A stretch of 64,000 bases of DNA from Candidatus Anderseniibacteriota bacterium (GCA_016197005.1 JACPWO010000002.1:210178-274177), one strand, 5' to 3'; counted from the first letter of the stretch, positions 9,256 to 20,527 are shown. Notes: generated by a model from the letters alone, not told the origin. Program-made: numbers and translations.

Positions 9256-11361
9256 ATGTCAACTGATTTAAAGAAGTTTCCGAATGTTACTATAGAAAAA
9301 GTACGGAATTTCGGAATTATTGCCCACATTGATGCTGGTAAAACAACCGTGTCTGAGCGCGTGCTCTTCTACACCGGTCTTACGCATAAGATCGGAGAAG
9401 TGCATGAGGGGGAGGCAGTCATGGATTGGATGGAACAGGAACGAGAGCGCGGCATTACAATTACTGCTGCTGCTACGACTACGTTCTGGAAAGACCATCG
9501 CCTAAACCTCATCGATACACCGGGACACGTCGATTTCACTATTGAAGTCGAGCGCAGCTTGCGTGTGCTCGATGGCGCTGTTGTTGTGTTTGACGGTGTA
9601 GCCGGAGTTGAGCCACAAAGCGAAACGGTTTGGCACCAAGCGGAGAAATATAAAGTACCCCGCATGTGTTTTATTAATAAAATTGATCGCACTGGTGCAG
9701 ATTTTTGGAAAGCGGTTGACTCTATTCATGAACGCCTGACCAAAAAAACTGCCATTATGACCCTGCCAATTGGATCGGAAGATAATTTTGAAGGTCTCGT
9801 TGATTTACTTACAGAAAAAGCTTGGTATTTCGAAGGCAAAATGGGAGAAGTAATTATTGAGAAGGAAATTCCAGCCGAATTGCAGGAAGAGGCTAAGAAG
9901 CGCCGCGCTGAACTTGTAGAAAGAATCGCAGAGTTGGATGAAAAACTAACCGAAAAGTTTCTCGAGGCACAACCTATTGCACTCGACGAATTAAACATAG
10001 CGCTTCGTAAGGGAGTTATTGCGAATGAAATTGTCCCAATTTTTTGTGGATCTGCTTTGAAAAACAAAGGCGTGCAGCGAGTGCTGGATGCGGTTGTTGC
10101 GTACTTGCCTTCCCCCATTGATGTGCCACCAGTTGAAGGCACGGATCCTGATGATCTTGAAAAGAAAATTGTTCGTAAACCAGATCCCAGCGAGCCATTT
10201 GCTGCCCTGGCCTTTAAAGTTGCCAACGACCCCTATGTTGGACAGGTGACATTCTTCCGCGTCTACTCAGGCACGATTAAAACTGGCTCATATATTTACA
10301 ACTCGTCTGTAGGCAAAAAGGAACGCGTCAGCCGTATCCTCCGCATGCATGCTAATGATCGAGAAGAAGTAGAAGAAATTTCCGCTGGTGGTATTGGTGC
10401 GCTCGTGGGTATGAAATTTACCACAACTGGTGACACGCTGTGTGATGAAGATCACCCTCTTATTTTGGAACGTATTACTGGCGCTGATCCTGTTATTTCA
10501 ATTGCAGTTGAACCAAAGACTAAAGCTGATCAGGAAAAGATGGGCATGGCGCTCAAGTCCCTCATGAATGAAGACCCAACATTCCGGGTACGCACCGATG
10601 AAGAGACGATGCAGACAATTATGGAAGGAATGGGTGAACTGCATTTGGAAATTATGGTTGACCGTATGAAGCGAGAATTCGGAGTCCAAGTAAACGTTGG
10701 TAAGCCTCAGGTTGCGTACAAAGAAACAATCACCAAGATTACTGAAGCTGAAGGCCGGTACATCAAACAGTCAGGTGGTCGCGGACAATATGGTCATGTC
10801 TGGCTGCGTCTGGAACCGATGGAGCGTGGTAAGGGTGTTGAATTTGAAGATGATATTAAAGGTGGCGCCGTCCCACGGGAATATGTTCCGGCTATTGAAA
10901 AAGGTGTCATTGAATCCGCTCGCAACGGTGCGATTGCTGGATTTCCAGTTGTCGATATCAAAGCCGTTGCCTACGACGGTAGCTACCATGATGTAGATAG
11001 CTCGGAAATTGCCTTCAAAATTGCTGCTTCGATGGCTTTCCGCAGTGGTGTTAAGAATGCTTCACCAGTTCTACTTGAACCTATTATGAAAGTCGAAGTT
11101 ATTACCCCAGAAAATTACATGGGTGATGTAGTCGGAGACTTGAACGCTCGCCGTGGTCAGATTTTAGGCATGAGTGAACGAGGGACAGTAAAAGTTATTG
11201 ATGCATTAGTGCCGCTTGGTTCCATGTTTGGATATGCAACGCAACTCCGTTCCATGAGTTCCGGCCGTGCCAACTATTCGATGCAGTTTGATCATTACCA
11301 AGAAGTACCTCGCAATATTCAGGACGAACTTGTCGGCGCCAAGACAGTCAAAAAGATATAA
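9256..11361 (+). CDS. fusA: elongation factor G
   Basis: [10 protein letters not shown]1 motif, 701 aa, str-operon context. Confidence 0.95.
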   Translation: MSTDLKKFPNVTIEKVRNFGIIAHIDAGKTTVSERVLFYTGLTHKIGEVHEGEAVMDWMEQERERGITITAAATTTFWKDHRLNLIDTPGHVDFTIEVERSLRVLDGAVVVFDGVAGVEPQSETVWHQAEKYKVPRMCFINKIDRTGADFWKAVDSIHERLTKKTAIMTLPIGSEDNFEGLVDLLTEKAWYFEGKMGEVIIEKEIPAELQEEAKKRRAELVERIAELDEKLTEKFLEAQPIALDELNIALRKGVIANEIVPIFCGSALKNKGVQRVLDAVVAYLPSPIDVPPVEGTDPDDLEKKIVRKPDPSEPFAALAFKVANDPYVGQVTFFRVYSGTIKTGSYIYNSSVGKKERVSRILRMHANDREEVEEISAGGIGALVGMKFTTTGDTLCDEDHPLILERITGADPVISIAVEPKTKADQEKMGMALKSLMNEDPTFRVRTDEETMQTIMEGMGELHLEIMVDRMKREFGVQVNVGKPQVAYKETITKITEAEGRYIKQSGGRGQYGHVWLRLEPMERGKGVEFEDDIKGGAVPREYVPAIEKGVIESARNGAIAGFPVVDIKAVAYDGSYHDVDSSEIAFKIAASMAFRSGVKNASPVLLEPIMKVEVITPENYMGDVVGDLNARRGQILGMSERGTVKVIDALVPLGSMFGYATQLRSMSSGRANYSMQFDHYQEVPRNIQDELVGAKTVKKI

Positions 11362-11462
11362 CAAAATTTTTAAAGAAAAATCCCCGTTGGTTTTGCGCCA
11401 AGGGGATGACTGTGCACTATATGCTGCGAGTCAGCGATGCATGCGGTAGTCCGCCTGCAATT

Positions 11463-12056
11463 TCAAAGCTCACAGCTGAACAAGAAAGCATCTCCATTTA
11501 CGGCGAGTGGGTGTTCTCGAGGCAATTTGCCTCTGAAACGGAAACCAGCAGAACGCAAAATAAACTGAAGGAAATTGCAATCTTGATGCAGATCCATTTG
11601 TATATCGAGACAGCCTCTCATCTTCAAATACGCTAAGGTCTCTTGAACAAGAAGTGGCGCAATCCTGGCGTATAGGGAGATGTTTTTAACGGCAATCTTT
11701 TGGATCTTTCCGATAGTTGGATCGTTAAGATTAATTGAGAATACGCAGCACCCAACAAATCGCCCATTAATGTACCCGAGCACCGCGTTCGTTTCACGGG
11801 TTAGTATGGCCTCGGTGTAATCATATTCTTGCCAGACATCGGAATCCTCTGGACTCATCATCTCTTCCATGGAAGGCGCGTAGGCAAGCGCTACCGCAGG
11901 ATTGACCCGCGCCACTTCAATGATGTCGGTTGCATGATCAATTAAGATGCTCATTAGCCGTCTCCATTGTGAGGGGATCAAGGGAACATTCCACGCGCAC
12001 TGACTGTAACCGTTACAGACTGTTATCTTTTTGCTCTGAAATTGTAACATTGTCAA
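11463..12056 (-). CDS. hypothetical protein with GNAT-like fold (acetyl-CoA motif not evident)
   Basis: 197-aa ORF antisense to operon direction; secondary-structure pattern resembles GNAT but Q/RxxGxG/A motif absent. Confidence 0.45.
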   Translation of the reverse strand: MTMLQFQSKKITVCNGYSQCAWNVPLIPSQWRRLMSILIDHATDIIEVARVNPAVALAYAPSMEEMMSPEDSDVWQEYDYTEAILTRETNAVLGYINGRFVGCCVFSINLNDPTIGKIQKIAVKNISLYARIAPLLVQETLAYLKMRGCLDIQMDLHQDCNFLQFILRSAGFRFRGKLPREHPLAVNGDAFLFSCEL

Positions 12057-12101
12057 CTTTATCCGCTTGAATTCTAGACATACTCACCGTACGTTTATCT
12101 G

Positions 12102-12479
12102 ATGTCCGAAGAATCTCTCAAGTCGGTTTTGGCACCTGTTCTCAAAGTCTTAAAAGATTTAGGCGGTAAGTTTGTGTTTTCAGATGATACCGGCGAGACG
12201 TTTGTTATTATGTCGAAGAAGGAGCTCGTGAAAAATCGCCGGCAGTCGGAAAAACAATTACCTTTGCTTTCGGCAGAAGCTACCGCTAAAGCAGTTCGAG
12301 AACATGTACCAATACAACTTGATGAAGAAATAATTGAAAACATTAACCGAGATATTGCGTTATCACTTACCTCCGAAGACTCGGATGAAAACTTGGCCTG
12401 GGAGGCGGAGCCAGTAAATATGAAGAAGGTAAGATTCGAATCGCTAAAAGGTGACATATCCCCAGATCTCCAAGATTAA
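12102..12479 (+). CDS. hypothetical acidic protein (125 aa)
   Basis: K/E-rich coding-like codon usage; divergent from 11463..12056. Confidence 0.45.
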   Translation: MSEESLKSVLAPVLKVLKDLGGKFVFSDDTGETFVIMSKKELVKNRRQSEKQLPLLSAEATAKAVREHVPIQLDEEIIENINRDIALSLTSEDSDENLAWEAEPVNMKKVRFESLKGDISPDLQD

Positions 12480-12625
12480 CCCCCTGTTATTGACGGGGGA
12501 AAGACGGTATAGTATACAGACAACAATCTCTTGAAGGCGCCTTGCACTTGCAAGGTGGACTACAAACGCTGAAGGAGGCTTTTGCCCGTTTGGGCATTTA
12601 ATTTGTAATTCATAACGTAAAACCT

Positions 12626-13819
12626 ATGGCTGAAAAATTCGAGCGCAATAAGCCTCACGTTAACGTCGGTACGATCGGCCACGTCGACCATGGCAAAACT
12701 ACCCTGACAGCAGCTCTTCTGCATGTTCAGAATATGCGCGGTGGTGTTAAGAAACTTTTGAGTGTTGATGAAATTGATGCTTCACCCGAAGAAAAAGAAC
12801 GTGGTATTACTATTTCAACTACTCACGTAGAGTTTGAATCTGAAAAACGTCACTACGCTCACGTTGATTGTCCTGGACACGCTGATTACATCAAAAACAT
12901 GATCACTGGCGCTGCCCAAATGGATGGAGCAATCCTAGTTGTATCTGCAACTGATGGACCAATGCCACAGACTCGCGAGCACGTTCTGCTTGCTCGTCAG
13001 GTAGGCGTTCCTCAGATCGTTGTCTTCTTGAATAAAGTGGATGCGGTTGATGATCCAGAATTGGTTGACCTCGTTGAAGAGGAAGTTCGCGATCTTTTGA
13101 GCAAATATGAGTTCGATGGCAAGAATGCCAAAATTATTCGTGGCTCAGCTCTAAAAGCACTTGATACCAAGAGCGTTGATGATGAAGCAGCTAAACCAAT
13201 CATTGATTTGGTTACTGCTCTCGACGAAACAATTCCAGATCCAGTTCGTGATACTGACAAGCCATACCTCATGCCAATTGAAGATGTCTTCTCTATTGAA
13301 GGTCGTGGCACGGTAGTAACTGGTCGTATCGAACGTGGTGTTGTAAAGGTTAACGATGAAGTTGAAATCGTTGGTCTCCGCGACACTCAGAAGACAGTTG
13401 TAACCGGAATTGAAATGTTCAACAAACAGCTCGACGAAGGACAAGCTGGTGATAACGCTGGCGTACTTCTCCGCGGTCTTAAGAAAGAAGATGTTGAGCG
13501 CGGACAGGTGGTCGCTGCTCCTAAATCCATTACTCCTCATACTGAATTTGACGCTGAAGTGTACGTTCTGACCAAAGATGAAGGTGGTCGTCACACTCCA
13601 TTCTTCAAAGGATACAAGCCTCAGTTCTACGTTCGTACAACTGACGTAACTGGTGAAGTTCAATTGCCAGAAGGAACTGAAATGGTTATGCCTGGCGATA
13701 CTATCAGCATCAAGGTAAAACTTGGATCTGCTGTCGCTATGGAAGACGGTATGCGCTTCGCTATCCGTGAAGGTGGACGCACTGTTGGTGCCGGAGTTGT
13801 AACGAAGGTTAACAAATAA
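12626..13819 (+). CDS. tuf: elongation factor Tu
   Basis: [22 protein letters not shown] motifs. Confidence 0.97.
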   Translation: MAEKFERNKPHVNVGTIGHVDHGKTTLTAALLHVQNMRGGVKKLLSVDEIDASPEEKERGITISTTHVEFESEKRHYAHVDCPGHADYIKNMITGAAQMDGAILVVSATDGPMPQTREHVLLARQVGVPQIVVFLNKVDAVDDPELVDLVEEEVRDLLSKYEFDGKNAKIIRGSALKALDTKSVDDEAAKPIIDLVTALDETIPDPVRDTDKPYLMPIEDVFSIEGRGTVVTGRIERGVVKVNDEVEIVGLRDTQKTVVTGIEMFNKQLDEGQAGDNAGVLLRGLKKEDVERGQVVAAPKSITPHTEFDAEVYVLTKDEGGRHTPFFKGYKPQFYVRTTDVTGEVQLPEGTEMVMPGDTISIKVKLGSAVAMEDGMRFAIREGGRTVGAGVVTKVNK

Positions 13820-13850
13820 CCGAGTAATCTTTACCTCCTAGTACCTTTCA

Positions 13851-14216
13851 ATGGCCACCAAAGAAAAAGCTGAAGAAAAGAAAGAAGAAGCAGTAGCCGT
13901 ACCAGTTGCGGTGCCTCGCATTCGCATTAAGCTCAAAGCATATGATCATAAACTGATCGACCAGTCTGCGAAGCAGATTGTTGATGCAATTGAGCGCGAT
14001 GGCGGTAAAGTATCTGGCCCAGTGCCATTACCAACCGGTAAGAAGAAATACACCGTCAATCGCTCGACGTTCGTCCACAAAGACGCTCGCGATCAATATG
14101 AGATTCGGGTACACAAGCGCCTCATTGATATCACTGAGTCCACCTCACGCACCGTTGACACTCTGATGAGTCTCAACCTGCCAGCTGGAGTCGATGTATC
14201 GATGAAAACAGGCTAG
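13851..14216 (+). CDS. rpsJ: 30S ribosomal protein S10 (N-terminal ~20 aa extension)
   Basis: [17 protein letters not shown]...[20 protein letters not shown]. Confidence 0.93.
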   Translation: MATKEKAEEKKEEAVAVPVAVPRIRIKLKAYDHKLIDQSAKQIVDAIERDGGKVSGPVPLPTGKKKYTVNRSTFVHKDARDQYEIRVHKRLIDITESTSRTVDTLMSLNLPAGVDVSMKTG

Positions 14217-14724
14217 GCCTTAGTAAATAGAAACATGACACCACCCCGCATACGCGGGGTGGTTGCGTTATTTTGTACTCAGGATGAGAGCCGACAGCCA
14301 AGAGATCGTCAATGAGGGCGATCTCGTAGCCGTTTTCGGCTGCCCATTGTTCCACGTCCCTGGTGAGGACAACGCGTCCGAAATGGACAAGGACGAGGTT
14401 TCGCGGACCTGGGGGCAGCGACAGCGGACAGCGTTTTTCCGTGATGTCGCCGTTCTTCCCGTCGTAGGCCCCGTCGGCGATGCGGTCACCCAGTGTCTTC
14501 TCCTTTTCAGGGATGACGACACCGGTGAGTTCCATGACGGTCGGGTACAGTTGACCCGAACTGAGGAACTTACGGAACGCTTCGCGGTCCAGATTGCGGT
14601 TGGCCTTGAGAAGGTCGGTAATGAAGCCGCCTTCAATGAGCCATTGCAGTTGCCCGCAGGAGACCTTCTCCTGGGTGAGGATGTTGAGAACTTGCTGGGC
14701 TTGTCGCAGGGTTGCGATGCTCAT
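14173..14724 (-). CDS. high-GC foreign gene fragment, unknown function (start 14724; 3' end runs into host terminator hairpin, probably truncated near 14275)
   Basis: GC3-rich codon usage (CTG, GCC, GAC, ATC) in an about 60% GC block inside a 45% GC operon; Met start inside an 18-nt palindrome. Confidence 0.5.
   Translation of the reverse strand: MSIATLRQAQQVLNILTQEKVSCGQLQWLIEGGFITDLLKANRNLDREAFRKFLSSGQLYPTVMELTGVVIPEKEKTLGDRIADGAYDGKNGDITEKRCPLSLPPGPRNLVLVHFGRVVLTRDVEQWAAENGYEIALIDDLLAVGSHPEYKITQPPRVCGVVSCFYLLRPSLFSSIHRLQLAG
14240..14276 (+). terminator. strong hairpin/terminator immediately after rpsJ
   Basis: Perfect 10-bp stem ACCACCCCGC-AUAC-GCGGGGUGGU then UGCGUUAUUUUGU. Confidence 0.55.
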
Positions 14725-14889
14725 CGCAATTCCTTTCTACAATAGTGGGATATACAAGAAGTGCCGACACGGCTATTCATGTATATTCCCGGGTGAAATG
14801 AACTAATGAAGGAATAGCAACTTTACGTATAATTGTCAACTATACATAATGATTCAATGCCTACACACCAACCTGTGTTATGGGGAGAC

Positions 14890-14918
14890 TTTACATTTTC
14901 TAGGGGGTCTTCTATAGT
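14890..14918 (+). promoter_or_regulatory. putative promoter for rplC operon (TTTACA-17-TATAGT)
   Basis: Sequence match about 95 nt upstream of rplC ATG. Confidence 0.5.
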
Positions 14919-15013
14919 GTCACACAAGCGCGTATGCGTGGATTTTCTTATTCGCTAAGTAGTCACATATTTCCGGACCATTCTATGGCCCGTAAATCTC
15001 TGGACTCAATGTC

Positions 15014-15622
15014 ATGTCTAAAGCACTCCTTGGTCGAAAACTCGGAATGTCTCAAGTCTTCTCAGAAACCGGAGAAGTTGTTCCAGTTACGCTCGTTGTA
15101 GCCGAACCTAACGTTATTACCATTCGACGCACCAGCGATAAGGACGGTCACAATACGCTCCAACTCGGTCTGCCAGGTAAACGCAAGAACCAAAAGGAAA
15201 ACCAAAAGCTCACGCCTAATACCCTGAAACGTATGTACTCAGCTCGGCGTGAGTTTTCTATTGAAGCTGCCGAAGACGTGAAAGAACTAAGCGTTGAACA
15301 ATTCACTGTTGGGGAAGTAGTCGAGGTATCCGGCATCTCTAAAGGTAAGGGATTCCAAGGTGTCGTGAAGCGTCATGGATTTAAAGGAGGCCCAGCTAGT
15401 CATGGCCATTCAGATTGGGAACGCAAAGCTGGTTCTATTGGTAGCCGTTTTCCTCAGCACGTTCGTAAAGGTAAGCGCATGGCTGGTCGCATGGGAAGTG
15501 ATCGCGTCACTGTAAAAAATCTCGTGGTCGTTTCTATTGATGCTAAGAAAAACTTACTCGCAATTAAAGGTGCCTTGCCCGGAAAGCGTGGCACTGTTTT
15601 AGAAATTAGAAGCAAAGACTAA
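15014..15622 (+). CDS. rplC: 50S ribosomal protein L3
   Basis: Family match; S10 operon order. Confidence 0.93.
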   Translation: MSKALLGRKLGMSQVFSETGEVVPVTLVVAEPNVITIRRTSDKDGHNTLQLGLPGKRKNQKENQKLTPNTLKRMYSARREFSIEAAEDVKELSVEQFTVGEVVEVSGISKGKGFQGVVKRHGFKGGPASHGHSDWERKAGSIGSRFPQHVRKGKRMAGRMGSDRVTVKNLVVVSIDAKKNLLAIKGALPGKRGTVLEIRSKD

Positions 15623-16260
15623 TGGCTACAAAATCAACAATTCAAGTAATGGATCTGTCTTCTGGTAAAGAATCCAAAGCAGACGTGCCAGCGTTTCTGA
15701 AAGTTGAATTCAGCCCGTATGCAGTAGCCCAGGCTGTCCACGTTGGTCGTCAGCGCACTCGTATTCGAAGGGCTCACACCAAAGACCGCAGCGAAGTACG
15801 TGGCGGTGGTAAAAAGCCATGGAAACAGAAAGGTACTGGCCGCGCTCGTCATGCTTCAATCCGCTCTCCAATATGGCGTGGTGGTGGTATTACATTTGGT
15901 CCGCGCGTTCGTCGCGAAACCAGGCTGCGTCTGCCAAAGCGCGCAGTGGGACTAGCGCTGGCTGGCACGCTTGCGGCGCAAATTAAAGCTGGATCACTAC
16001 GTTTGGTGCAACTGCCGAAGGAACTTCCTAAGAAGACAAAAGAAGTAGCAGGATATTTTACCGATCACCGTGGCGTTCTCCTGATTGTCTCGGTTGCTAA
16101 TAAAGATTTGATGTCAGCCGTAAAGAATTTACAAAATGTTACTGCTGTTGTTGTGTCAGAAGTTACCGCTGGCCACGTCCTGGACGCAACCCATGTTTTT
16201 ATGGATAAGGATGCACTGCCTGCTTTGGAGGCACGTTGTGGCGTAACTGTTAAGAAATAA
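15622..16260 (+). CDS. rplD: 50S ribosomal protein L4
   Basis: Family match and order. Confidence 0.9.
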   Translation: MATKSTIQVMDLSSGKESKADVPAFLKVEFSPYAVAQAVHVGRQRTRIRRAHTKDRSEVRGGGKKPWKQKGTGRARHASIRSPIWRGGGITFGPRVRRETRLRLPKRAVGLALAGTLAAQIKAGSLRLVQLPKELPKKTKEVAGYFTDHRGVLLIVSVANKDLMSAVKNLQNVTAVVVSEVTAGHVLDATHVFMDKDALPALEARCGVTVKK

Positions 16261-16268
16261 ATACCTCT

Positions 16269-16661
16269 ATGAGTTTACTTAGCCAAGCAAAACGAATGCT
16301 GCGAAAAGAAGAGAAGGCAGCTGACAAGAAAACCATTAAGAAAGAAAAAAGTGGTTCGACGAAAGACACACCCGAAAAAGTAATTGCTTCTTCTGACGTT
16401 ATAAATCACGTCGAAACGATGTTGACTGAAAAGAGTATGCACGCCCAGGAAAAGAATGTCGTTGTCTTTCGTGTCCATCCTAAGGCTTCCAAGGGACAGA
16501 TTGCCACCGCCATTGAAGCGAAATATGGCGTAAAACCAATTTCAGTTCGTACAATGCGTGTTCGTCCTAAAATGCGACGACGGGGCATGACAATTGGATT
16601 CACAAAAAAGTGGAAAAAAGCATACGTCCAAGTTAAGGACGTAAGTAAGTTCAACGAATAA
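16269..16661 (+). CDS. rplW: 50S ribosomal protein L23 (N-terminal extension)
   Basis: VINHVETMLTEKSM...NVVVFRVHPKASKGQI. Confidence 0.9.
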   Translation: MSLLSQAKRMLRKEEKAADKKTIKKEKSGSTKDTPEKVIASSDVINHVETMLTEKSMHAQEKNVVVFRVHPKASKGQIATAIEAKYGVKPISVRTMRVRPKMRRRGMTIGFTKKWKKAYVQVKDVSKFNE

Positions 16662-16664
16662 CCT

Positions 16665-17501
16665 ATGCCGATAAAGAATTACAAAAGTACTCGTGCTGCT
16701 CGCAAGAAGATGTCAATTGTTGATCGACGCGAGCTTCATAAAGGTCAGCCTCACAAAGCGTTAACACATGGGCGCAAGCGCCTGTCTGGTCGAGGATCAG
16801 CTGGTAAAATTACTATTCGCCATCGTGGTGGTGGTGCCAAGCGCCTCAATCGTAAAGTAGACTTTGGTCAGGATAAACTGGCGATACCAGCTCGAGTTGA
16901 GCGTCTTGAATTCGATCCAATTCGTTCGGCCCATCTTGCTCTTATTATGTTTGTGGATGGTGTTCGTAGATACGTTGTCGCGTGGGAAGGTGCTAAGGCT
17001 GGTGACACTATCGAACGAGGCGAAAAAGCTTTAGAAAAACCAGGGAATCGTAAACAGCTTAAAGACATTACACCCGGCGTCACGGTCTTTAATGTAGAAA
17101 TGATGCCAGGCCGAGGTGGTAAGATGCTGCGATCAGCTGGCTCTTACGGAACAATCATGGATGTACAAGGTGAATACGCACAATTACAGCTTGCGTCTGG
17201 TGAGGTGCGCTTGATTGCGAAGGAAAGTTATGCCACAATCGGCAAGGTCTCTAATCCAGATCATTGGCTGCAAAGAATCGGTTCAGCTGGACGTTCACGA
17301 CGCTTAGGCCGACGGCCTCAAGTTCGTGGCAAGGTTATGAACCCAGTCGACCATCCTCATGGTGGTGGTGAAGGTGCACAACCGATTGGATTAAAAGCTC
17401 CAAAAACAAAATGGGGTAAACCAGCTCTCGGTGTGAAAACCCGTCAAAAGAGAAGGTATTCTGATAATCTTATTCTTGAAAGACGTAATCGTAAGAAATA
17501 A
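16665..17501 (+). CDS. rplB: 50S ribosomal protein L2
   Basis: HRGGGAKRL...[10 protein letters not shown]. Confidence 0.95.
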   Translation: MPIKNYKSTRAARKKMSIVDRRELHKGQPHKALTHGRKRLSGRGSAGKITIRHRGGGAKRLNRKVDFGQDKLAIPARVERLEFDPIRSAHLALIMFVDGVRRYVVAWEGAKAGDTIERGEKALEKPGNRKQLKDITPGVTVFNVEMMPGRGGKMLRSAGSYGTIMDVQGEYAQLQLASGEVRLIAKESYATIGKVSNPDHWLQRIGSAGRSRRLGRRPQVRGKVMNPVDHPHGGGEGAQPIGLKAPKTKWGKPALGVKTRQKRRYSDNLILERRNRKK

Positions 17502-17503
17502 CT

Positions 17504-17833
17504 ATGGCACGATCACTTAAAAAAGGCGCGTTCATTGACGAAAAGTTAATGAAAAAAGTAAAGGCTCTTCGCCCTGGGTCTTCCGCCGTGATCAAAACCT
17601 GGTCTCGCCGTTCTACTATTTTTCCAGAAATGGTTGGTATTAAGTTTGCTGTCCATAACGGCAAAGATCACATTGAAATTTTAGTTACAGAAAATATGGT
17701 GGGTCACAAATTAGGAGAATTTGTGCCAACTCGTAAGTTCGTTCGTCATGGTGGTCGTTTGCAGAAGGAAGCTGAGGCCGCCGCTGCAGCTGCTGCCGCA
17801 CCGGTTGCTGCTCCTAAGACTGAAGGCAAATAA
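17504..17833 (+). CDS. rpsS: 30S ribosomal protein S19 (Ala-rich C-terminal tail)
   Basis: [15 protein letters not shown]...[10 protein letters not shown]. Confidence 0.93.
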   Translation: MARSLKKGAFIDEKLMKKVKALRPGSSAVIKTWSRRSTIFPEMVGIKFAVHNGKDHIEILVTENMVGHKLGEFVPTRKFVRHGGRLQKEAEAAAAAAAAPVAAPKTEGK

Positions 17834-17834
17834 T

Positions 17835-18407
17835 ATGCAAGTGAAAGCTGTTCATCGTAACGCTCGTATGGCCCCACGGAAAATGCGTCCGCTGGCTACG
17901 ATGCTGCGTGGAATGCCTACCGTCGACGCCGATGCTCAACTTTTATATACCTCTGGAAAAGCTGCTCAGATCATGCGTCGAGTGATTGCCAGCGCTGTTG
18001 CCAATGCTAAAGAAAATCATGGGATGATCGAGGCACTACGAATAAAAGATATTTGGGTGGATGAAGGAATGAAACTGAAGCGTTTTCGGGCTGGTTCTCG
18101 TGGTATGGCTCACCCCTACACAAAAGCGATGGCTCACGTCACGGTTATAATTGAAGGTCAAGAAGCGGAGCAGGTAAAAAAAGCTCCAGCTATTGAGACT
18201 ATTACTGCCGATACCTACGCCGCACTTGATGGGGTAGAAGAGCTGCCAGTAGAAAAAGCTACTGAGACGCCAAGTGAAAACAAAGAAGGACCAGTCCGTT
18301 CAGTTGAAACGAAGACAGACAAAGCAACGGGCGAAGCTTTCCAGAAAACCAAGATGATGCAACAAGGTGGAAACAAGCAAAAATCTTTTAGACGAAAGAG
18401 CGTATAA
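17835..18407 (+). CDS. rplV: 50S ribosomal protein L22 (long C-terminal extension)
   Basis: ORF 17721..18407 trimmed to MQVKAVHRNARMAPRKMRP. Confidence 0.9.
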   Translation: MQVKAVHRNARMAPRKMRPLATMLRGMPTVDADAQLLYTSGKAAQIMRRVIASAVANAKENHGMIEALRIKDIWVDEGMKLKRFRAGSRGMAHPYTKAMAHVTVIIEGQEAEQVKKAPAIETITADTYAALDGVEELPVEKATETPSENKEGPVRSVETKTDKATGEAFQKTKMMQQGGNKQKSFRRKSV

Positions 18408-18410
18408 CCT

Positions 18411-19172
18411 ATGGGACGAAAAACCAATCCAAATATTTTACGCGTCGGCAACATCACTCATAATTGGGAGGGTCGTTGGTTCGCGGATAAAAAAGAAGAA
18501 TTCCGCACGAAACTACAAGAAGATCTACGTATTCGCGTCTATTTTGAGAAAAATCTCCGTCACGCCTCTATTTCTCGATTAGAAATTTCCCGTCAACCTC
18601 GCGAAACTGTGTTAACTATCCATACCTCTCGTCCCGCCGTCGTTATTGGTCGCGGTGGTTCTGGCATTGAAAAGATTCAAAAAGATTTGGCTAAGAAAGT
18701 AAAAGTAATCGGCCGTGTCCGGATTGATGTACAAGAAGTCCGTAACCCTGATACTGACGCCACGGCTGTCGCTACCCAAGTTGTTGATCAGATTGAACGT
18801 CGTATGCCATTTCGCCGTATTTTGAAAGGTTCTCTCCAGCGTATTCTTCAAGCTGGCGCTCGCGGCGCTAAGATTTCTTTGTCTGGTCGTCTGAATGGGT
18901 CGGAAATTGCTCGTACAGAGTGGTTAGCGGAAGGAAACGTTCCTCTGCATACTTTCCGTGCTGATGTCTCTTACGCTTACCGTGTGGCGTTTACTACCTA
19001 CGGAACAATCGGTATAAAAGTTTGGATTAACCGAGGTGACTTAACAGAAGAAAAACCAGAAGAAGCTGGTAAGCCAATCGGAGAACAGAAGCCAGTGGCG
19101 AAGAAACGTAAACGTCGTTCTTCTCTGGCCGAAAAAGCTAAGACAACGAAGAAGATTCCTGCCAAGAAATAA
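18411..19172 (+). CDS. rpsC: 30S ribosomal protein S3
   Basis: KH/S3-C domains, lysine-rich tail. Confidence 0.93.
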   Translation: MGRKTNPNILRVGNITHNWEGRWFADKKEEFRTKLQEDLRIRVYFEKNLRHASISRLEISRQPRETVLTIHTSRPAVVIGRGGSGIEKIQKDLAKKVKVIGRVRIDVQEVRNPDTDATAVATQVVDQIERRMPFRRILKGSLQRILQAGARGAKISLSGRLNGSEIARTEWLAEGNVPLHTFRADVSYAYRVAFTTYGTIGIKVWINRGDLTEEKPEEAGKPIGEQKPVAKKRKRRSSLAEKAKTTKKIPAKK

Positions 19173-19175
19173 CCT

Positions 19176-19586
19176 ATGATGATTCCTAAGAAAGTTAAAC
19201 ACCGAAAGCATCAGAAGGGATCCGTCCGTGGATCTGCGAAGGGTTCACTGTCGGTAGATTTTGGTCAGTGGGGACTGAAGGCACTGGAAAGTCGTTGGGT
19301 GAGCGCTCGCCAGATTGAAGCGGCTCGACGGGCAATGAGTCGGTTTGCTCAGCGTTCCGGTAAAGTATGGATCCGGATTTTTCCTGACAAGCCAGTTACA
19401 AAAAAGGGTCAGGAAACGCCAATGGGTAAAGGTAAGGGTTCAGTTGATCATTTTGTTGCAGTTGTCCACCGCGGACGCATTATGTTTGAAATTGATGGAG
19501 TAGATGAAATAACGGCTCGAGAAGCATTGCGCCTCGCAGCTCATAAACTTCCAGTTAGAACTAGCATTATTAAAAGAGAACTATGA
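19176..19586 (+). CDS. rplP: 50S ribosomal protein L16
   Basis: [15 protein letters not shown]... Confidence 0.93.
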   Translation: MMIPKKVKHRKHQKGSVRGSAKGSLSVDFGQWGLKALESRWVSARQIEAARRAMSRFAQRSGKVWIRIFPDKPVTKKGQETPMGKGKGSVDHFVAVVHRGRIMFEIDGVDEITAREALRLAAHKLPVRTSIIKREL

Positions 19587-19825
19587 AAAAGATTTTACAA
19601 GGCACAGTTAAGAAAAAGTCCGGTATCAAAACCGTGGCCGTTGAAGTGGTGCGACATACTCGTCATCCAAAATATGGCAAGAGTATGCGTCGTTCTAAGA
19701 TCTATTTAGCGCATGATGAAACAGAAAAGGCACAAATTGGTGAGGCTGTCTTTATTCAGGAGTCTCGACCGCTGTCAGCTCGTAAGCGCTGGCGCATTAT
19801 CGATAGTAAAGAAGCAAAAAAGTAA
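19583..19825 (+). CDS. rpsQ: 30S ribosomal protein S17
   Basis: [42 protein letters not shown]; overlaps L16 stop, so no room for rpmC. Confidence 0.9.
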   Translation: MKKILQGTVKKKSGIKTVAVEVVRHTRHPKYGKSMRRSKIYLAHDETEKAQIGEAVFIQESRPLSARKRWRIIDSKEAKK

Positions 19826-19834
19826 CATTTATAT

Positions 19835-20206
19835 ATGATTCAGATGGGTACAAGATTGCAGGTAGCAGATAACTCAGGAGCAAAACTCCTGAAGGTTGTG
19901 AACGTGCTCGGGAATACCGGTAATCGTTACGCTTACCTCGGTGACGTTATCGTTGCCGCCGTCAAAGTAGCTGAACCAAAAGGTACGGTGAAAAAGAGTG
20001 AAGTTGTTCATGCCGTTATTGTTCGTGTTCGCAAGGAACAAAAACGCAGTGATGGCTCAGCAATCCGATTTGATGACAATGCCGCCGTCGTTGTTTTGAA
20101 GGATACGACCGATATGGTTGGTACGCGCGTATTCGGACCAGTGGCGCGTGAAGTCAGGGCGGCTGGATATCAGAAAATTATTTCCTTAGCTCCAGAAGTA
20201 TGGTAA
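19835..20206 (+). CDS. rplN: 50S ribosomal protein L14
   Basis: [17 protein letters not shown]. Confidence 0.95.
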   Translation: MIQMGTRLQVADNSGAKLLKVVNVLGNTGNRYAYLGDVIVAAVKVAEPKGTVKKSEVVHAVIVRVRKEQKRSDGSAIRFDDNAAVVVLKDTTDMVGTRVFGPVAREVRAAGYQKIISLAPEVW

Positions 20207-20523
20207 TTCCTAAACTCAAAATTAAGAGCGGCGATACTGTCAAAGTTCTTCGTGGCCGCGATCGCGGAAAAACTGGTAAAGTGTTGTCTGTTATTCCGAA
20301 AGAAGAAAAGGTAATTGTGGAAGGCGCGAACATGGTGCACCGTCACATTCGTCCTCGTCGGGCTGGAGAAAAAGGCCAGCGGGTTATTGTAGCGTCCGCT
20401 ACTCGTATTTCGAATGTTATGCTCGTTTGTCCGAAATGTAAGAAGGCAAGTCGAGTTGGACTCAAGCGTGAAGGCGGAGTTCGCCAGCGTATCTGCAAGA
20501 ATTGTGAAGCCGTTATTGATTAA
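20200..20523 (+). CDS. rplX: 50S ribosomal protein L24 with C-terminal CxxC...CxxC zinc-ribbon extension
   Basis: [25 protein letters not shown] domain; tail VCPKCKK...ICKNCEAV. Confidence 0.9.
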   Translation: MVIPKLKIKSGDTVKVLRGRDRGKTGKVLSVIPKEEKVIVEGANMVHRHIRPRRAGEKGQRVIVASATRISNVMLVCPKCKKASRVGLKREGGVRQRICKNCEAVID

Positions 20524-20527
20524 TCCT

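Noticed and set aside
9726-10226. 166-aa minus-strand ORF (and several 60-107 aa ORFs) inside fusA
   Set aside because: Antisense to a highly conserved EF-G coding region. Ser/Ala-rich low-complexity translation.
12095-12457. 120-aa minus-strand ORF antisense to 12102..12479
   Set aside because: Ser-rich low-complexity shadow of the plus-strand K/E-rich ORF, which has the more coding-like composition.
13151-13663. 170-aa and 124-aa minus-strand ORFs inside tuf
   Set aside because: Antisense shadow ORFs of EF-Tu.
14263-14745. 160-aa plus-strand ORF in the high-GC insert
   Set aside because: Opposite strand shows the coherent GC3-biased codon pattern. In high-GC DNA long antisense ORFs are expected. 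Kept only the minus-strand reading.
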